From: Nitrospirota bacterium
Lineage (GTDB): Bacteria > Nitrospirota > UBA9217
Assembly: GCA_963663225.1 (NCBI GenBank)
Contig: OY760142.1
Location: 768,001 to 832,000 of the forward strand
Length of the DNA: 64,000 nt
Direction of reading: 5' to 3'
The translations under genes were made by a program, and so were the position numbers. Below are positions 1-9,932 of this stretch, in pieces (the first letter of the stretch is position 1; the number at the start of each line of letters is the position of its first letter). The notes beneath the pieces are model-generated. The model saw nothing but the letters and a program-made list of their open reading frames with translations, did no database searches and had not been told where the DNA came from.

Positions 1-7
1 AATAAAA

Positions 8-36
8 TTTTATAGATTGCATGTTTATTTGTCAAG
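8..36 (-). promoter_or_regulatory. sigma70-type promoter pointing out of the window to the left
   Basis: Reverse complement reads TTGACA-17 nt-TAAAAT. Confidence 0.55.
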
Positions 37-62
37 GTTTTTAAAAAAAGGGGTTTCTTCCT

Positions 63-572
63 ATGATGAGTGCAAAGCGCTTGCGGTTTGTTGTGCATGA
101 ACACAAAGCCACACGGCTCCATTATGATTTCCGTCTCGAAATCGACGGAGTGCTGAAATCCTGGGCCATCCCCAAGGGACCGTCATTGAACCCCGCCGAC
201 AAACGGCTCGCGGTCTCGGTTCCCGACCATGAACTTTCCTATATAGATTATGAAGGAATCATTCCGGAAGGAAGCTATGGGGCCGGGCCGGTTGTCATCT
301 GGGATCAAGGCGAGTTCATTCCGCTCGAAACTCACGATCCAACGGCGTCACTTCACACCGGAAAACTCACCTTTGAGCTGAAAGGCAAAAAGTTGAACGG
401 AACCTTCACTCTTGCCCAGATGAAAAAACTTCCCAAAAATACGGGAAAAGAATGGCTCCTCATGAAGAAAAAAGATGCCCGCGCCGAACCGGATTTCATG
501 CTCAAAACAGAATTGACGCCTGCGAGGCTGTCAAAACTGAAGGAACGCACTCCTCCCTGCGACACGGATTGA
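63..572 (+). CDS. Stand-alone LigD-type 3'-phosphoesterase domain protein
   Basis: Motifs RFVVHEHKATRLHYDFRLE, LKSWAIPKGPS, YGAGPVVIWDQG and WLL are typical of the LigD PE domain. Confidence 0.9.
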   Translation: MMSAKRLRFVVHEHKATRLHYDFRLEIDGVLKSWAIPKGPSLNPADKRLAVSVPDHELSYIDYEGIIPEGSYGAGPVVIWDQGEFIPLETHDPTASLHTGKLTFELKGKKLNGTFTLAQMKKLPKNTGKEWLLMKKKDARAEPDFMLKTELTPARLSKLKERTPPCDTD

Positions 573-699
573 TGCTTAGTATTGTTATCCTTTCTTGATT
601 GCGCGAAAAAAATCTTGAGTTCCATCGGATAACATACTATAGTTGCTTCGTGGTTTGTGTCGTAATGCAAGTATGTCTTTAAACATTCAGGAGAAGCAG

Positions 700-1773
700 A
701 TGTCCAGATCCGACAGGTTTCTCAAAGCATGCAGGCGTGAGCCGGTAGATTGCACTCCGGTCTGGATGATGCGGCAGGCCGGAAGATATCTTCCGGAATA
801 TCGCGAGATACGCGCCAAACATACGTTTCTGGAAATGTGCAAAACTCCGGAACTCGCCGCGGAAATCACGATCCAGCCGCTCCGGCGTTATGAAATCGAC
901 GCCGCTATTATTTTTGCGGACATCCTGCTCCCACTCGAACCCATGGGCATCGGGCTTGAGTTTGCCAAAGGCGAAGGACCGGTGATTCATAATCCTGTCC
1001 GTACCATGGCGGACGTAAAAAACCTCAGACCCATTGACGCTGCCAAACAGATCGCATACCTGATGCAGGCCATCAAACTCGTGCTGAAAGAGCTGAATGG
1101 AATGGTGCCGCTCATCGGCTTCTCGGGTGCGCCGTTTACTCTCGCAAGCTATATTATAGAAGGCGGCGGCTCCAAAAATTATGAATATGCCAAGACGATG
1201 ATGTTTACCGACCCGAAAGCCTGGCATAGACTCATGGAGCATCTGGCCGGGGTCATTATCAATTACCTGAACGCTCAAATCGATGCCGGCGTGCAGGTGG
1301 TCCAGCTGTTCGACTCCTGGGTCGGAACTTTGGGCCCGAATGATTATCGTGAGTTTGTGCTTCCGCATCAGAAAATGGTCATTGCCGGAATCAACAAAAG
1401 CGTGCCCCTCATTCACTTCGCGAACGGTGCGGGACATCTCCTCGAGATGGTTGCCGAAGCCGGCGGCGACGTAATCGGCCTTGACTGGCGATGCAATCTT
1501 GATGACGCGTGGAAACGCGTTGGATATGATAAAGGTGTTCAGGGAAATCTGGACCCCCTCACCCTCTTCGGCACAAAAGAATTCATCCGGAAGAGAACAA
1601 AAGACATCCTTGACGCTGCCGGCAACAGAAACGGCCATATCATGAATCTGGGACACGGCATTCTGCAGCAGACGCCGCTTGAAAACGCGACAGAGTTTAT
1701 CAACGCAACGCACGAGCTGAGCAACCGGGAAGAACAGGAATCGCACAAATATCGGCGTCCCTGTTTCCCCTGA
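700..1773 (+). CDS. hemE: Uroporphyrinogen decarboxylase
   Basis: PVWMMRQAGRYLPEY, FADIL, QLFDSW and NLGHGI motifs; ATG at 700 follows a CAGGAG RBS. Confidence 0.97.
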   Translation: MSRSDRFLKACRREPVDCTPVWMMRQAGRYLPEYREIRAKHTFLEMCKTPELAAEITIQPLRRYEIDAAIIFADILLPLEPMGIGLEFAKGEGPVIHNPVRTMADVKNLRPIDAAKQIAYLMQAIKLVLKELNGMVPLIGFSGAPFTLASYIIEGGGSKNYEYAKTMMFTDPKAWHRLMEHLAGVIINYLNAQIDAGVQVVQLFDSWVGTLGPNDYREFVLPHQKMVIAGINKSVPLIHFANGAGHLLEMVAEAGGDVIGLDWRCNLDDAWKRVGYDKGVQGNLDPLTLFGTKEFIRKRTKDILDAAGNRNGHIMNLGHGILQQTPLENATEFINATHELSNREEQESHKYRRPCFP

Positions 1774-1800
1774 TTCTTACTACGTTACTTCCAATATTAT

Positions 1801-2721
1801 ATGTCCGATAAAACCGCAATCATTCTCATCGCGTTGGGCGGGCCGGGCTCCCTCAAAGAGGTCGGGCCGTTCATGGCCGCGTTTATGGGAAAGCCTGCTC
1901 CCCCTCCTGTTGTCTCCACCGTCATTGAGCGTTATAAGCTGATCGGAAACAAATCCCCTCTTCCTGAAATTGTGAGAAAGCAGGCAGAAGCACTCGAAAA
2001 AGAACTTGGCAATAACTACCAAGTGCATGAAGGGTTCAGGTACTCCCAACCGTCTATTGCGGACTCTTTTGAGAAAGCCGTCAAGAACGGCGCAACCCGG
2101 ATCATTGGCCTGTCTCTCTCGCCTTTTGAAACAGAAATCACGACAGGAGCGTACCGAAACGCATTCGAGTCTGTGGAAAGCACCGGGATCACCAAACAGT
2201 TCATCTCCAACTGGCATAATAATCAACTCTTTATCAAAGCTTGGCAGGAGAAGATTAAAGAAGGACTTAGTAAGTTTCCAGAAACAGAACGCAAGGATGC
2301 AGTCGTTCTTTTTTCAAGCCATAGTATTCCGGTGCGGTATATTAATGCGGGAGATCCCTATCAAAGACAGATTGAAGAAACAGTCAGGCTCCTTGTGGAG
2401 GGGATGAGTCTAAAACATTGGCGCATAGCCTGGCAAAGCAAGGGCGCTCGTGCAACTGAGCCGTGGCTTGAACCGGACGTAGAAACGACACTGAATCAGG
2501 TCGCGCAGGAAGGTCACAAAACTGTTCTCGAAGTGCCAATCGGCTTCACGTGCGACCATCTGGAGACCCTCTACGATATAGATATTGCACACCGGGCACA
2601 CGCTGTGAAAGTGGGGCTTGGATTTGAGCGGGCGGAGTCTTTGAATACCTCGCCTATGTTTGTTAAGGCATTGGCGGAGGTTATCTTGAAAACATTATTA
2701 CGGAATAGGATCGTTTGCTAA
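1801..2721 (+). CDS. hemH: Ferrochelatase
   Basis: SHSIP, GDPY, WQSK, WLEP and PIGFTCDHLETLYDID motifs; follows hemE. Confidence 0.95.
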   Translation: MSDKTAIILIALGGPGSLKEVGPFMAAFMGKPAPPPVVSTVIERYKLIGNKSPLPEIVRKQAEALEKELGNNYQVHEGFRYSQPSIADSFEKAVKNGATRIIGLSLSPFETEITTGAYRNAFESVESTGITKQFISNWHNNQLFIKAWQEKIKEGLSKFPETERKDAVVLFSSHSIPVRYINAGDPYQRQIEETVRLLVEGMSLKHWRIAWQSKGARATEPWLEPDVETTLNQVAQEGHKTVLEVPIGFTCDHLETLYDIDIAHRAHAVKVGLGFERAESLNTSPMFVKALAEVILKTLLRNRIVC

Positions 2722-2860
2722 CTTATTGTATTCTTTTCTTGCATCGTCGGCCCAACCTCGATAATGCACTGCGCCTTGGCCGCTGACCTAAGATCAGTTG
2801 CGGCGTTGTTTAACACGCTGGCTATTTTGTCGTTGATGTAGTTGTAGGTACACCCTTCCC

Positions 2861-2900
2861 TCCCCCGACGGCAGTCGGGGGATTCCCTGTCGCTGGGATT
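2861..2900. repeat. Palindromic dispersed repeat, copy 1 (REP/IS200-IS605-end-like)
   Basis: Hairpin TCCCCCGAC-GGCA-GTCGGGGGA; 2876-2900 matches 50552-50576 at 24 of 25 nt. Confidence 0.7.
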
Positions 2901-3996
2901 AAAATGATGTAGTCGGTCCTGAAGTTGGCGAGGGAGCTGATTTCACAGCTGGAATTTCTTTTGGGTCTTTCGCAGTCTTTGCATCTTGTGCTTTCTTTGC
3001 TGCTTTTTGTTCTGCGGCTGCCTTTGCATCGGCCGCATCTTTCACAGCTTTTGTGTCCTGTGCTTCTTTCGCTGCTTTTGCCTCGGCTGCAGCCTTCGCT
3101 TCTGCGACCGCTTTGGCATCTGCCGCGTCTTTGGCTGCTTTTGCATCTGCTGCTTCTTTAGCAGCTTTTGCTTCTGCAGCGGCCTTCGCTTCAGCCGCTT
3201 CCTTTGCCTGTTTTTCCAAAGCCGCTTTCTGCATCGCAGCAAGCTTCGCCAGGTCCCCCTGAACGTCTTTCTGACCTGCCAATTCCTGCTTCAGCTCGAT
3301 TGCCCTGTCGAAATCCTTGCGCGCCTTGTCCAGGTTTCCGAGTTCAAGATGCGCCTTGGCACGGTAGCGAAATGCCGAAGAGAGGCGGTCGTTCACGGAA
3401 ATGACGCTGTCGAACTCCTGCACGGCTTTTTCATATTGCCCCAGTTTCAGCATGGCCTTACCCGCGCAGTTGGCTGTCTCCGGAGAAGGCTGAATCTTCT
3501 TTGCCTGTGAGCATGCGTCGAGGGAACCCGCGTAGTCACCCGCATCGTACTTGAACGCGGCCAGCATCATGGTTACGGAAAGAGCGTCCTTCTGAGGGGC
3601 AAGACGGACCGCGGAAGCCATGTCCTCAATGGCTCCGGACAGATTGTTCATCTCCCGTTTGGTGACAGCCCTGCCGGCATACAGGTCGTAGCCTGAGGAA
3701 TCCAGTGCAATTCCCTTGGTAAAATCGCTGATGGACTCGTTGTATTTTTTCATCGCCCGGTATGTGATGCCGCGCAAACGGTAGGCGTCACGGCTCTTCG
3801 GGTCCCTGATCAGGGCGGCGCTAAAAGCCGTTATCGCCTGATCATATTTTTTCTGGTCAAAAAAGTTCTTGCCGCTGTTCATAAGCGGAGCGATGTCCTC
3901 GGCAGCGTTTGCTGTCATCGCTGCCACTGAGCCAAGAGTCATGAGACAGACAAGCAAAACCGAAATATTTTTCAGGAAATGATGCGCGAATGTCAT
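2899..3996 (-). CDS. Secreted TPR protein with Ala/Lys/Glu-rich repetitive C-terminal stalk
   Basis: AAAGGAGGTG RBS before ATG 3996, signal-peptide-like N-terminus, several TPR-like helix pairs, EAKAA/DAKAA repeats. Confidence 0.85.
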   Translation of the reverse strand: MTFAHHFLKNISVLLVCLMTLGSVAAMTANAAEDIAPLMNSGKNFFDQKKYDQAITAFSAALIRDPKSRDAYRLRGITYRAMKKYNESISDFTKGIALDSSGYDLYAGRAVTKREMNNLSGAIEDMASAVRLAPQKDALSVTMMLAAFKYDAGDYAGSLDACSQAKKIQPSPETANCAGKAMLKLGQYEKAVQEFDSVISVNDRLSSAFRYRAKAHLELGNLDKARKDFDRAIELKQELAGQKDVQGDLAKLAAMQKAALEKQAKEAAEAKAAAEAKAAKEAADAKAAKDAADAKAVAEAKAAAEAKAAKEAQDTKAVKDAADAKAAAEQKAAKKAQDAKTAKDPKEIPAVKSAPSPTSGPTTSF

Positions 3997-4301
3997 ACGA
4001 CACCTCCTTTTTGATCGCTGTAAGCTGATAATCAAAAGTGTATCAAAAGCGGCTTTTCTTGTAAATGCATTTAGCATAGCAATATTCACCCGAGTGAATG
4101 CAGTATAAAGCATACAGCGTCTTATGTCAGGTGAATTTTCACCTCAAGAATATCACATATGCATTAAACTTTCCGCTGTCTCAAAGGTCATACTATTCGA
4201 CGATGGTGTTCCGGAAAGGATGTGATGATAAGCACTGAGGAGCGTAAACAATCAGGGCATCATTAAGTTCAGTAAAAGACCAATCGAAAAGGAGAGTGAT
4301 C

Positions 4302-4643
4302 ATGAAATATAATATGAAAATGCTGTTAGGCACAAGCGCGGTCTGCGTTCTTATCGCATCCACGGCGTACGCAGGCCCCGCGGATGATCCGGGCATTCAG
4401 AAGCGGGAGCAACTCCAGGAAAAACGGATTGACCAGGGTGTGAAATCCGGTGAACTGACTCCGCGCGAGGCGGGAAAGCTCGAAGCGCAGCAGGCAAAAA
4501 TTAAGCAGGACGAAGCGCGCATGAAGTCGGACGGAAAACTTACAAAAAAAGAACGCAGGAAATTGGCGAAAGAACAGAACAGGGCAAGCAAAAATATCGA
4601 AAAAAAGAAGCACAATGAGCAGAAAACCACTGTATCGCAGTAA
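4302..4643 (+). CDS. Small secreted helical hypothetical protein
   Basis: AAGGAG RBS, signal peptide ending AYA, repeated GxLTxxE motif (QGVKSGELTPRE, SDGKLTKKE). Confidence 0.8.
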   Translation: MKYNMKMLLGTSAVCVLIASTAYAGPADDPGIQKREQLQEKRIDQGVKSGELTPREAGKLEAQQAKIKQDEARMKSDGKLTKKERRKLAKEQNRASKNIEKKKHNEQKTTVSQ

Positions 4644-4691
4644 CCCCCTTTCATAATACCGGGGAAGCTGCGGCAGGTAATCCATAAGCAA

Positions 4692-4723
4692 CGAGGGGAA
4701 GCGTATTGAAACGCTTCCCCTCG
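4692..4723. terminator. 13-bp stem-loop between convergent genes
   Basis: CGAGGGGAAGCGT-ATTGAA-ACGCTTCCCCTCG. Confidence 0.65.
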
Positions 4724-4767
4724 CATCATTTTACCGGTATAAGACAAGATACGGACAATGAATGTCC

Positions 4768-6294
4768 CTACTTCTTTATTTCCCCCTCTCCAAACGCCGC
4801 GTCCACCATCTCCTTCGGCAGCGGCTTGGTCATCAGGCTGACGATAGGAACAACAAACATTGGAAGGAACATGGTAATGGCCCCGGCCACCGGAATGCCG
4901 TCCTTGCCCCAGAGTATAAACAACACAAAAGCAGACAAGAGTCCGGTGATGATCCCGGCAAAAGCGCCCGCCCTGGTGGTTCTCTTCCAGAAAAGCCCAT
5001 AGATATAGGGAGCAAGAAACACGCCGGCAAGAGCGCCCCAGGACATCACCATGAGGTTCACGATGACGTCCACCTTATTCATGGCGAGAATAAGAGAAAG
5101 CGCCACAAACAGGCCGCACAGGACCCGCATCAGGAGCATGGTCTGCTTTTGATTGACGTGACGGTTGACAAACGCGCCGTAGATATCGATGGCAATCGCG
5201 GAACTTGACACCAGCACCAGCGACGACAGGCTGGACATGGACGCGGAAAATACCAGCAGCAGAATCAGCAGAACAAAACCGTATGAAAACTGCGTCGTCA
5301 GAAAATGCGGCATCAGTTGATCGAGGTTCGGCTTGCCCTGCACCATGATTTCCTGCGGCAGGCCGCCAGCATAGTACAGGTGCGTGAGCGCGCCGCTGTA
5401 ATACGCGCCGAAGGTCATAAAGAAGGCGAAAATACCGGCAATGGTCATAGCGCGGAACACGTCCGCTTTGCTCCGGATGGAATAAAATTTCTGCACCATC
5501 TGCGGCAGGGCCATGGGACCGAAGCTGGTAATCAGCACGAGTGAAAAAAGGATGATCGCTCCCGGCACCAGTATCTGGAACCCTACAGGCCCAAGCGGGA
5601 CCGCCTTGGCCAGCCCCGGTGCCATGGCCGTCGTGTTCGACAGGAGGTCTGTTGCGGTCGATAGAAAACCGCCTTTCCACTGTGCCAGCAAGTACACCAT
5701 GGCCATGACACCGACGAACTCCACCAAACCCCGGATAAAGTCACTGATGGCCACCGCAAGGTACCCCCCCATGACCAGGTACACGCCGGTCAGCACGGCC
5801 AGAAAAATCAACGCTTCATTATATTGAAGGCCGAGGGCCTTTTCAAAGAGATAGCTCAGTCCCATATAAACGGAAGCCGAATAGGGAACCAGAAAAATAA
5901 AAACCGCCAGGGCGGCAACCACCTGCAACGATTTGCTGCCGTAGCGCGCGCGCAAAAATTCCGGCATGGTAAGGGCATGCAGCCGGACGGTCATCTCACG
6001 CGTGCGTCCGGCAAGCAGTTTCCAGGCAAGGAATGTGCCGATCAGGGTATTGCCGAGCACGATCCAGAGGGTATGGATGCCGAATCCCCAGCCGAGCTTC
6101 CCGGCGTATCCGATAAAAATGACCGCGGAAAAATAGGTGGTGCCGTAGGCAAAAGCGCTCATCCAGGGGCCGAGCGTGCGCCCACCCAGAAAAAAGTCAC
6201 CCACGTCCTTTGTCCTGCGCATGGACCAATAGCCGACCCCAAGCATGATAAGGACATAGACCACGACTACGGCAATATTCAATATTTGTTTCAT
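4768..6294 (-). CDS. Sodium:solute symporter (SSS family)
   Basis: DFFLGGRTLGPW, FIGYAG and SASMSSLSS motifs; about 13 hydrophobic segments. Confidence 0.93.
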   Translation of the reverse strand: MKQILNIAVVVVYVLIMLGVGYWSMRRTKDVGDFFLGGRTLGPWMSAFAYGTTYFSAVIFIGYAGKLGWGFGIHTLWIVLGNTLIGTFLAWKLLAGRTREMTVRLHALTMPEFLRARYGSKSLQVVAALAVFIFLVPYSASVYMGLSYLFEKALGLQYNEALIFLAVLTGVYLVMGGYLAVAISDFIRGLVEFVGVMAMVYLLAQWKGGFLSTATDLLSNTTAMAPGLAKAVPLGPVGFQILVPGAIILFSLVLITSFGPMALPQMVQKFYSIRSKADVFRAMTIAGIFAFFMTFGAYYSGALTHLYYAGGLPQEIMVQGKPNLDQLMPHFLTTQFSYGFVLLILLLVFSASMSSLSSLVLVSSSAIAIDIYGAFVNRHVNQKQTMLLMRVLCGLFVALSLILAMNKVDVIVNLMVMSWGALAGVFLAPYIYGLFWKRTTRAGAFAGIITGLLSAFVLFILWGKDGIPVAGAITMFLPMFVVPIVSLMTKPLPKEMVDAAFGEGEIKK

Positions 6295-6642
6295 AGGAGA
6301 TCACTCACCTCGCAAAGCAATCAACAACAGTGCACAGGCCGCAGAGTTCCTTTCCCGGTGGTTTTGTACGATAGAAAGCAAAGCGGTTAGCAAAATACCA
6401 TACAACTCCTGAATCGTCAATCACCGTTTTTGAAAGAACGGAGCCGTTCCGGCATCATGCTGCCGGGGTGCCGCTCGAAAGCGGTTGCGTACGCCGGACG
6501 AGTGTGATAAAATCAACAGGCTTTCAGAAAATTTTTTTGCCGCGCAACCGCTTGTCCTGTTGCATGGCGGAAAGAACAAACCAGTTAGGGATGTTTCCCG
6601 CACGAAATACCCCCGACAACTCCCGATGATTAAGGCGGCAAA

Positions 6643-7965
6643 ATGAGTGCTCACGAATCCGGCAGTGCTTCCGCTTTTTGGAAAGAAGCAGAGGAGGCAG
6701 TAAATCCAAAAACACTTGCGTCCCTTCAGCTCGAACGCCTTGCGGCAACCCTTCAGCATGTGTACAAAAATGTTTCCTTTTATCGAACGCGCTGCGACGA
6801 CGCCGGTTTGAATCCGCTAAAAATGACCAGCCTCGAAGACTTGAGAAAACTCCCCTTTACCACCAGCAATGATCTCCGCCAGAATTATCCCTATGGTCTC
6901 CTCGCAATACCAAAAGAAGATGTTATCCGCGTGCATACTTCCAGCGGCACGACCGGAACGCCGAAGGCGATCTTTTTCTCGAAACCGGATATTGAACGGG
7001 CCGCCGACCTCATCGCCCGCTGCCTTGTCATGACCGGAACCGGTGCCGGCGACGTTCTTCAGAATATGATGACCTACGGACTGTTCACCGGTGCGCTGAT
7101 GATGCATTACGGAGCGGAGAAGGTCAACACGCTCGTTGTTCCCGCGGGCCCCGGCAACACCGAACGCCAGATCTCGCTTATGCGCGATTTCGGCACGACG
7201 GTCCTGCATATCACGCCCAGCTATGCACTCTACCTGGCAAGCGCGCTTCAGGAACGGGGCATCAATCCCGGCAGGGACCTAAAACTCCGCCGGGCATATC
7301 TGGGGGCGGAACCCTATTCCGAAGAAACAAGAAAAAAAGTGGAAAGCATATACGGCATCGACATTTACAACTGCTACGGTCTGACAGAGATGAACGGCCC
7401 GGGCGTCGCCTTCGAATGCCGCTTCAAAAACGGCATGCATCTCTGGGAAGACCATTTTTTGATGGAGATTATCAATCCGGAAACCGGCGAAGTGCTTCCT
7501 GAAGGCCAGGAAGGCGAACTTGTGATCACCTCCCTGACCAGGGAGGCCATGCCGCTCATCAGGTACCGGACACGGGACATCACCCGGATTATTCCCGGCG
7601 CTTGTCCGTGCGGCAGAACGCACAGAAGAATTTCCCGCATTCTGGGCCGCTCTGACGATATGTTTGTCGTACGCGGAGTGAATATATTCCCGCAGCAGAT
7701 CGAGCGGGTGCTAATGGGCATTAAAGGAGTCGCGCAGAACTACCAGATCGTCCTCGACTCATTCGACCAGCTTACCGTGAATGTTGAAATAGCCATGGGG
7801 CTTTTTGACGGAAACATCGAACAGTTGCTGAATCTGCAGACGGAAATCGCCGATAAGGTCAGGGCTGAAATACTGGTGAAGCCCAAAGTGGAACTCCACG
7901 AACCCGGTACGCTTCCGGTAAGCGAAGGCAAGGCGAAGCGGGTCATCGACAACAGGACCATCTGA
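6643..7965 (+). CDS. paaK: Phenylacetate--CoA ligase family protein
   Basis: HTSSGTTGTP, YGLTEMNGPGVA, PLIRYRTRD and GRSDDMFVVRGVNIFP motifs. Confidence 0.92.
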   Translation: MSAHESGSASAFWKEAEEAVNPKTLASLQLERLAATLQHVYKNVSFYRTRCDDAGLNPLKMTSLEDLRKLPFTTSNDLRQNYPYGLLAIPKEDVIRVHTSSGTTGTPKAIFFSKPDIERAADLIARCLVMTGTGAGDVLQNMMTYGLFTGALMMHYGAEKVNTLVVPAGPGNTERQISLMRDFGTTVLHITPSYALYLASALQERGINPGRDLKLRRAYLGAEPYSEETRKKVESIYGIDIYNCYGLTEMNGPGVAFECRFKNGMHLWEDHFLMEIINPETGEVLPEGQEGELVITSLTREAMPLIRYRTRDITRIIPGACPCGRTHRRISRILGRSDDMFVVRGVNIFPQQIERVLMGIKGVAQNYQIVLDSFDQLTVNVEIAMGLFDGNIEQLLNLQTEIADKVRAEILVKPKVELHEPGTLPVSEGKAKRVIDNRTI

Positions 7966-7996
7966 TAAAAACTAACCATATTAATAAGGAGCTGCT

Positions 7997-8431
7997 ATGG
8001 ACAAGGTGATGCAAGTTTCGGTCTTTTCGGAAAACAAACCAGGCAGAATTGAAAAAATTACGAAAATTTTTGCCCAGGAAGGCATCAATATTCTTGCCAT
8101 CTCGATCACCAGCACAAACGGCTTCGGCATTATCAAGCTCCTGGTCAACAACCCGGAGCTTGCCTATGAAAAATTGAAGGGGAATGGTTTTACCGTCACC
8201 ATGAGCGAAGTGCTTGCCATCGAAATGAAAGACAGCCCGGGGGGCCTGCACGAGGTGTCCCATATCCTGTCGGAACGGGGAGTCAATATCGAAAACGCGT
8301 ATGTGTACGTGGCTGAGTCGCGGGCACGCGCTTTTCTTCTCGTCGAGGTGAAGGATATTGAAAAAGCGAAAGAGCTTCTGGCCAAGACAGACCTGAAATT
8401 CTTTAAATGTGAAGAATTCAAACGCAATTGA
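7997..8431 (+). CDS. Double ACT domain protein
   Basis: QVSVFSENKPGR and DSPGGL..GVNIE motifs; usual neighbour of paaK. Confidence 0.9.
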   Translation: MDKVMQVSVFSENKPGRIEKITKIFAQEGINILAISITSTNGFGIIKLLVNNPELAYEKLKGNGFTVTMSEVLAIEMKDSPGGLHEVSHILSERGVNIENAYVYVAESRARAFLLVEVKDIEKAKELLAKTDLKFFKCEEFKRN

Positions 8432-8493
8432 CGTTCGAGACAATGCAGTGATTTGATTTGGAACGTTGCTGAGCTGGAGGAAGGAACCACTGA

Positions 8494-9918
8494 ATGTTGC
8501 GAGTTATTATTATCGGCGGCGGAATAGCCGGTTTGGCTGCTGCCGCTCACTTCAAAGCCGGAGCCAAGGCGCACGGAAAGAACGTAGAGGTACTGCTGCT
8601 TGAAAAAACCAACCGCATCGGCGGCAAAATTGTAACGGAGAAGCACGATCCATTCCTCATAGAAGGCGGACCGGACAGCTTCCTGCCGGAAAAAGTCTGG
8701 ACGGTAAACCTGGCAAAGCGTCTTGGTCTCGGCCCCGCCCTGCTTCCTACCAATGACCAGTTCAAGGGTACCTATATTTATTCACAGAAGCAGCTCCATC
8801 CTCTGCCGGAGGGCGTCATGCTCATGGTGCCGACCGCAATCAAACCCATGGCGAAATCCCGCCTTCTCACCTGGTCCGGCAAAATCCGCATGGGCATGGA
8901 TGTCTTTCTGCCGAAGCACAAAACGACGGAAGATGAAAGCCTTGCTTCTTTCGTTACCCGCAGGCTCGGGAAAGAATGCCTCGAAAAAATCGCCGAACCG
9001 CTTATTGCAGGCATCCACACGTCCAATCCGGACAACATGAGCGTTCTCGCCACATTTCCCCGCTTCGTCCAGATGGAGCAGAAAAGCAGAAGCCTCATCC
9101 TCGGCATGATTGCCGCCATGAAAAATCGTCCTCTTGCTTCACTGAACAGGCCCCTGCCAAAGCCCGGTGACACCCGGATGACGTACTTTATGAGCTTTAA
9201 AGACGGCATGCAGACCCTTCCGCAGGCATGCTTGGATTTTGTCGGAAACGATACGATACGGCTCGGCGCCGCCGTTTCTTCCCTGTCTCCAAAAGAAAAA
9301 GGATACGCGGTAACGCTGGAAAGCGGTGAAACGCTTGAGGCGGATCATGTCGTGATCGGTACAGCCGCATTCGATGCTGCCGAAATAGTAAAGGACATTG
9401 AAGGGGACCTTGCTGAACAGCTGCGAAAAATCGAATGGTCGTCTTCAGCGACAATCTCGGTAGCGTTCCGCAAAGAGGATGTAAGAACGCCGCTGAACGG
9501 ATTCGGGTTCATCGTTCCGCGCATTGAAGGAAGAAGAATCAACGCGGCGACCTACAGTTCCATCAAATGGTCTTACCGGGCGCCTGAGGAGCATGTTCTT
9601 ATCCGCGGCTTTGTCGGCGGAGGACATCATGAAGAGCTGGTTCAGGAGCTTGATGACGCGGACATGGTCAGGCTGGTTCTCGACGAACTGGATGCGGTCC
9701 TGGGCCTGAAGGCCGATGCGCAGCTGTCCCGGGTCTACCGGTGGTTTAAAGGAATGCCGAAGTATACGGTGGGACATCTTGACCGCGTTGCCGTGCTCGA
9801 CCGGATGCTTACCCATCATCCCGGCCTCCACCTTATCGGATGCTCGTACAAAGGAATTGGGATCGGTGATTGCATCCGCCAGGCAAAAATCACAGCGGAA
9901 AGAATTTTAAAACTCTAG
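8494..9918 (+). CDS. hemY: HemY-type FAD-dependent (proto/copro)porphyrinogen oxidase
   Basis: GGGIAGLAAA, EGGPDSF, GFGFIVP, MPKYTVGH and GIGIGDCI motifs. Confidence 0.93.
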   Translation: MLRVIIIGGGIAGLAAAAHFKAGAKAHGKNVEVLLLEKTNRIGGKIVTEKHDPFLIEGGPDSFLPEKVWTVNLAKRLGLGPALLPTNDQFKGTYIYSQKQLHPLPEGVMLMVPTAIKPMAKSRLLTWSGKIRMGMDVFLPKHKTTEDESLASFVTRRLGKECLEKIAEPLIAGIHTSNPDNMSVLATFPRFVQMEQKSRSLILGMIAAMKNRPLASLNRPLPKPGDTRMTYFMSFKDGMQTLPQACLDFVGNDTIRLGAAVSSLSPKEKGYAVTLESGETLEADHVVIGTAAFDAAEIVKDIEGDLAEQLRKIEWSSSATISVAFRKEDVRTPLNGFGFIVPRIEGRRINAATYSSIKWSYRAPEEHVLIRGFVGGGHHEELVQELDDADMVRLVLDELDAVLGLKADAQLSRVYRWFKGMPKYTVGHLDRVAVLDRMLTHHPGLHLIGCSYKGIGIGDCIRQAKITAERILKL

Positions 9919-9932
9919 CAGAGACCGCGACC

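Noticed and set aside
63-572. Complete NHEJ (Ku-LigD) system
   Set aside because: Only the phosphoesterase domain is present; no Ku, ligase or polymerase gene in the window.
2718-2852. 45-codon open frame on the minus strand after the TPR gene (CTYNYINDKIASVLNNAATDLRSAAKAQCIIEVG...)
   Set aside because: No start codon, RBS or recognisable motif; it could be a gene remnant but cannot be supported.
2940-3240. Repetitive DNA as possible CRISPR array
   Set aside because: The repeats are in-frame, degenerate codon repeats with no unique spacers.
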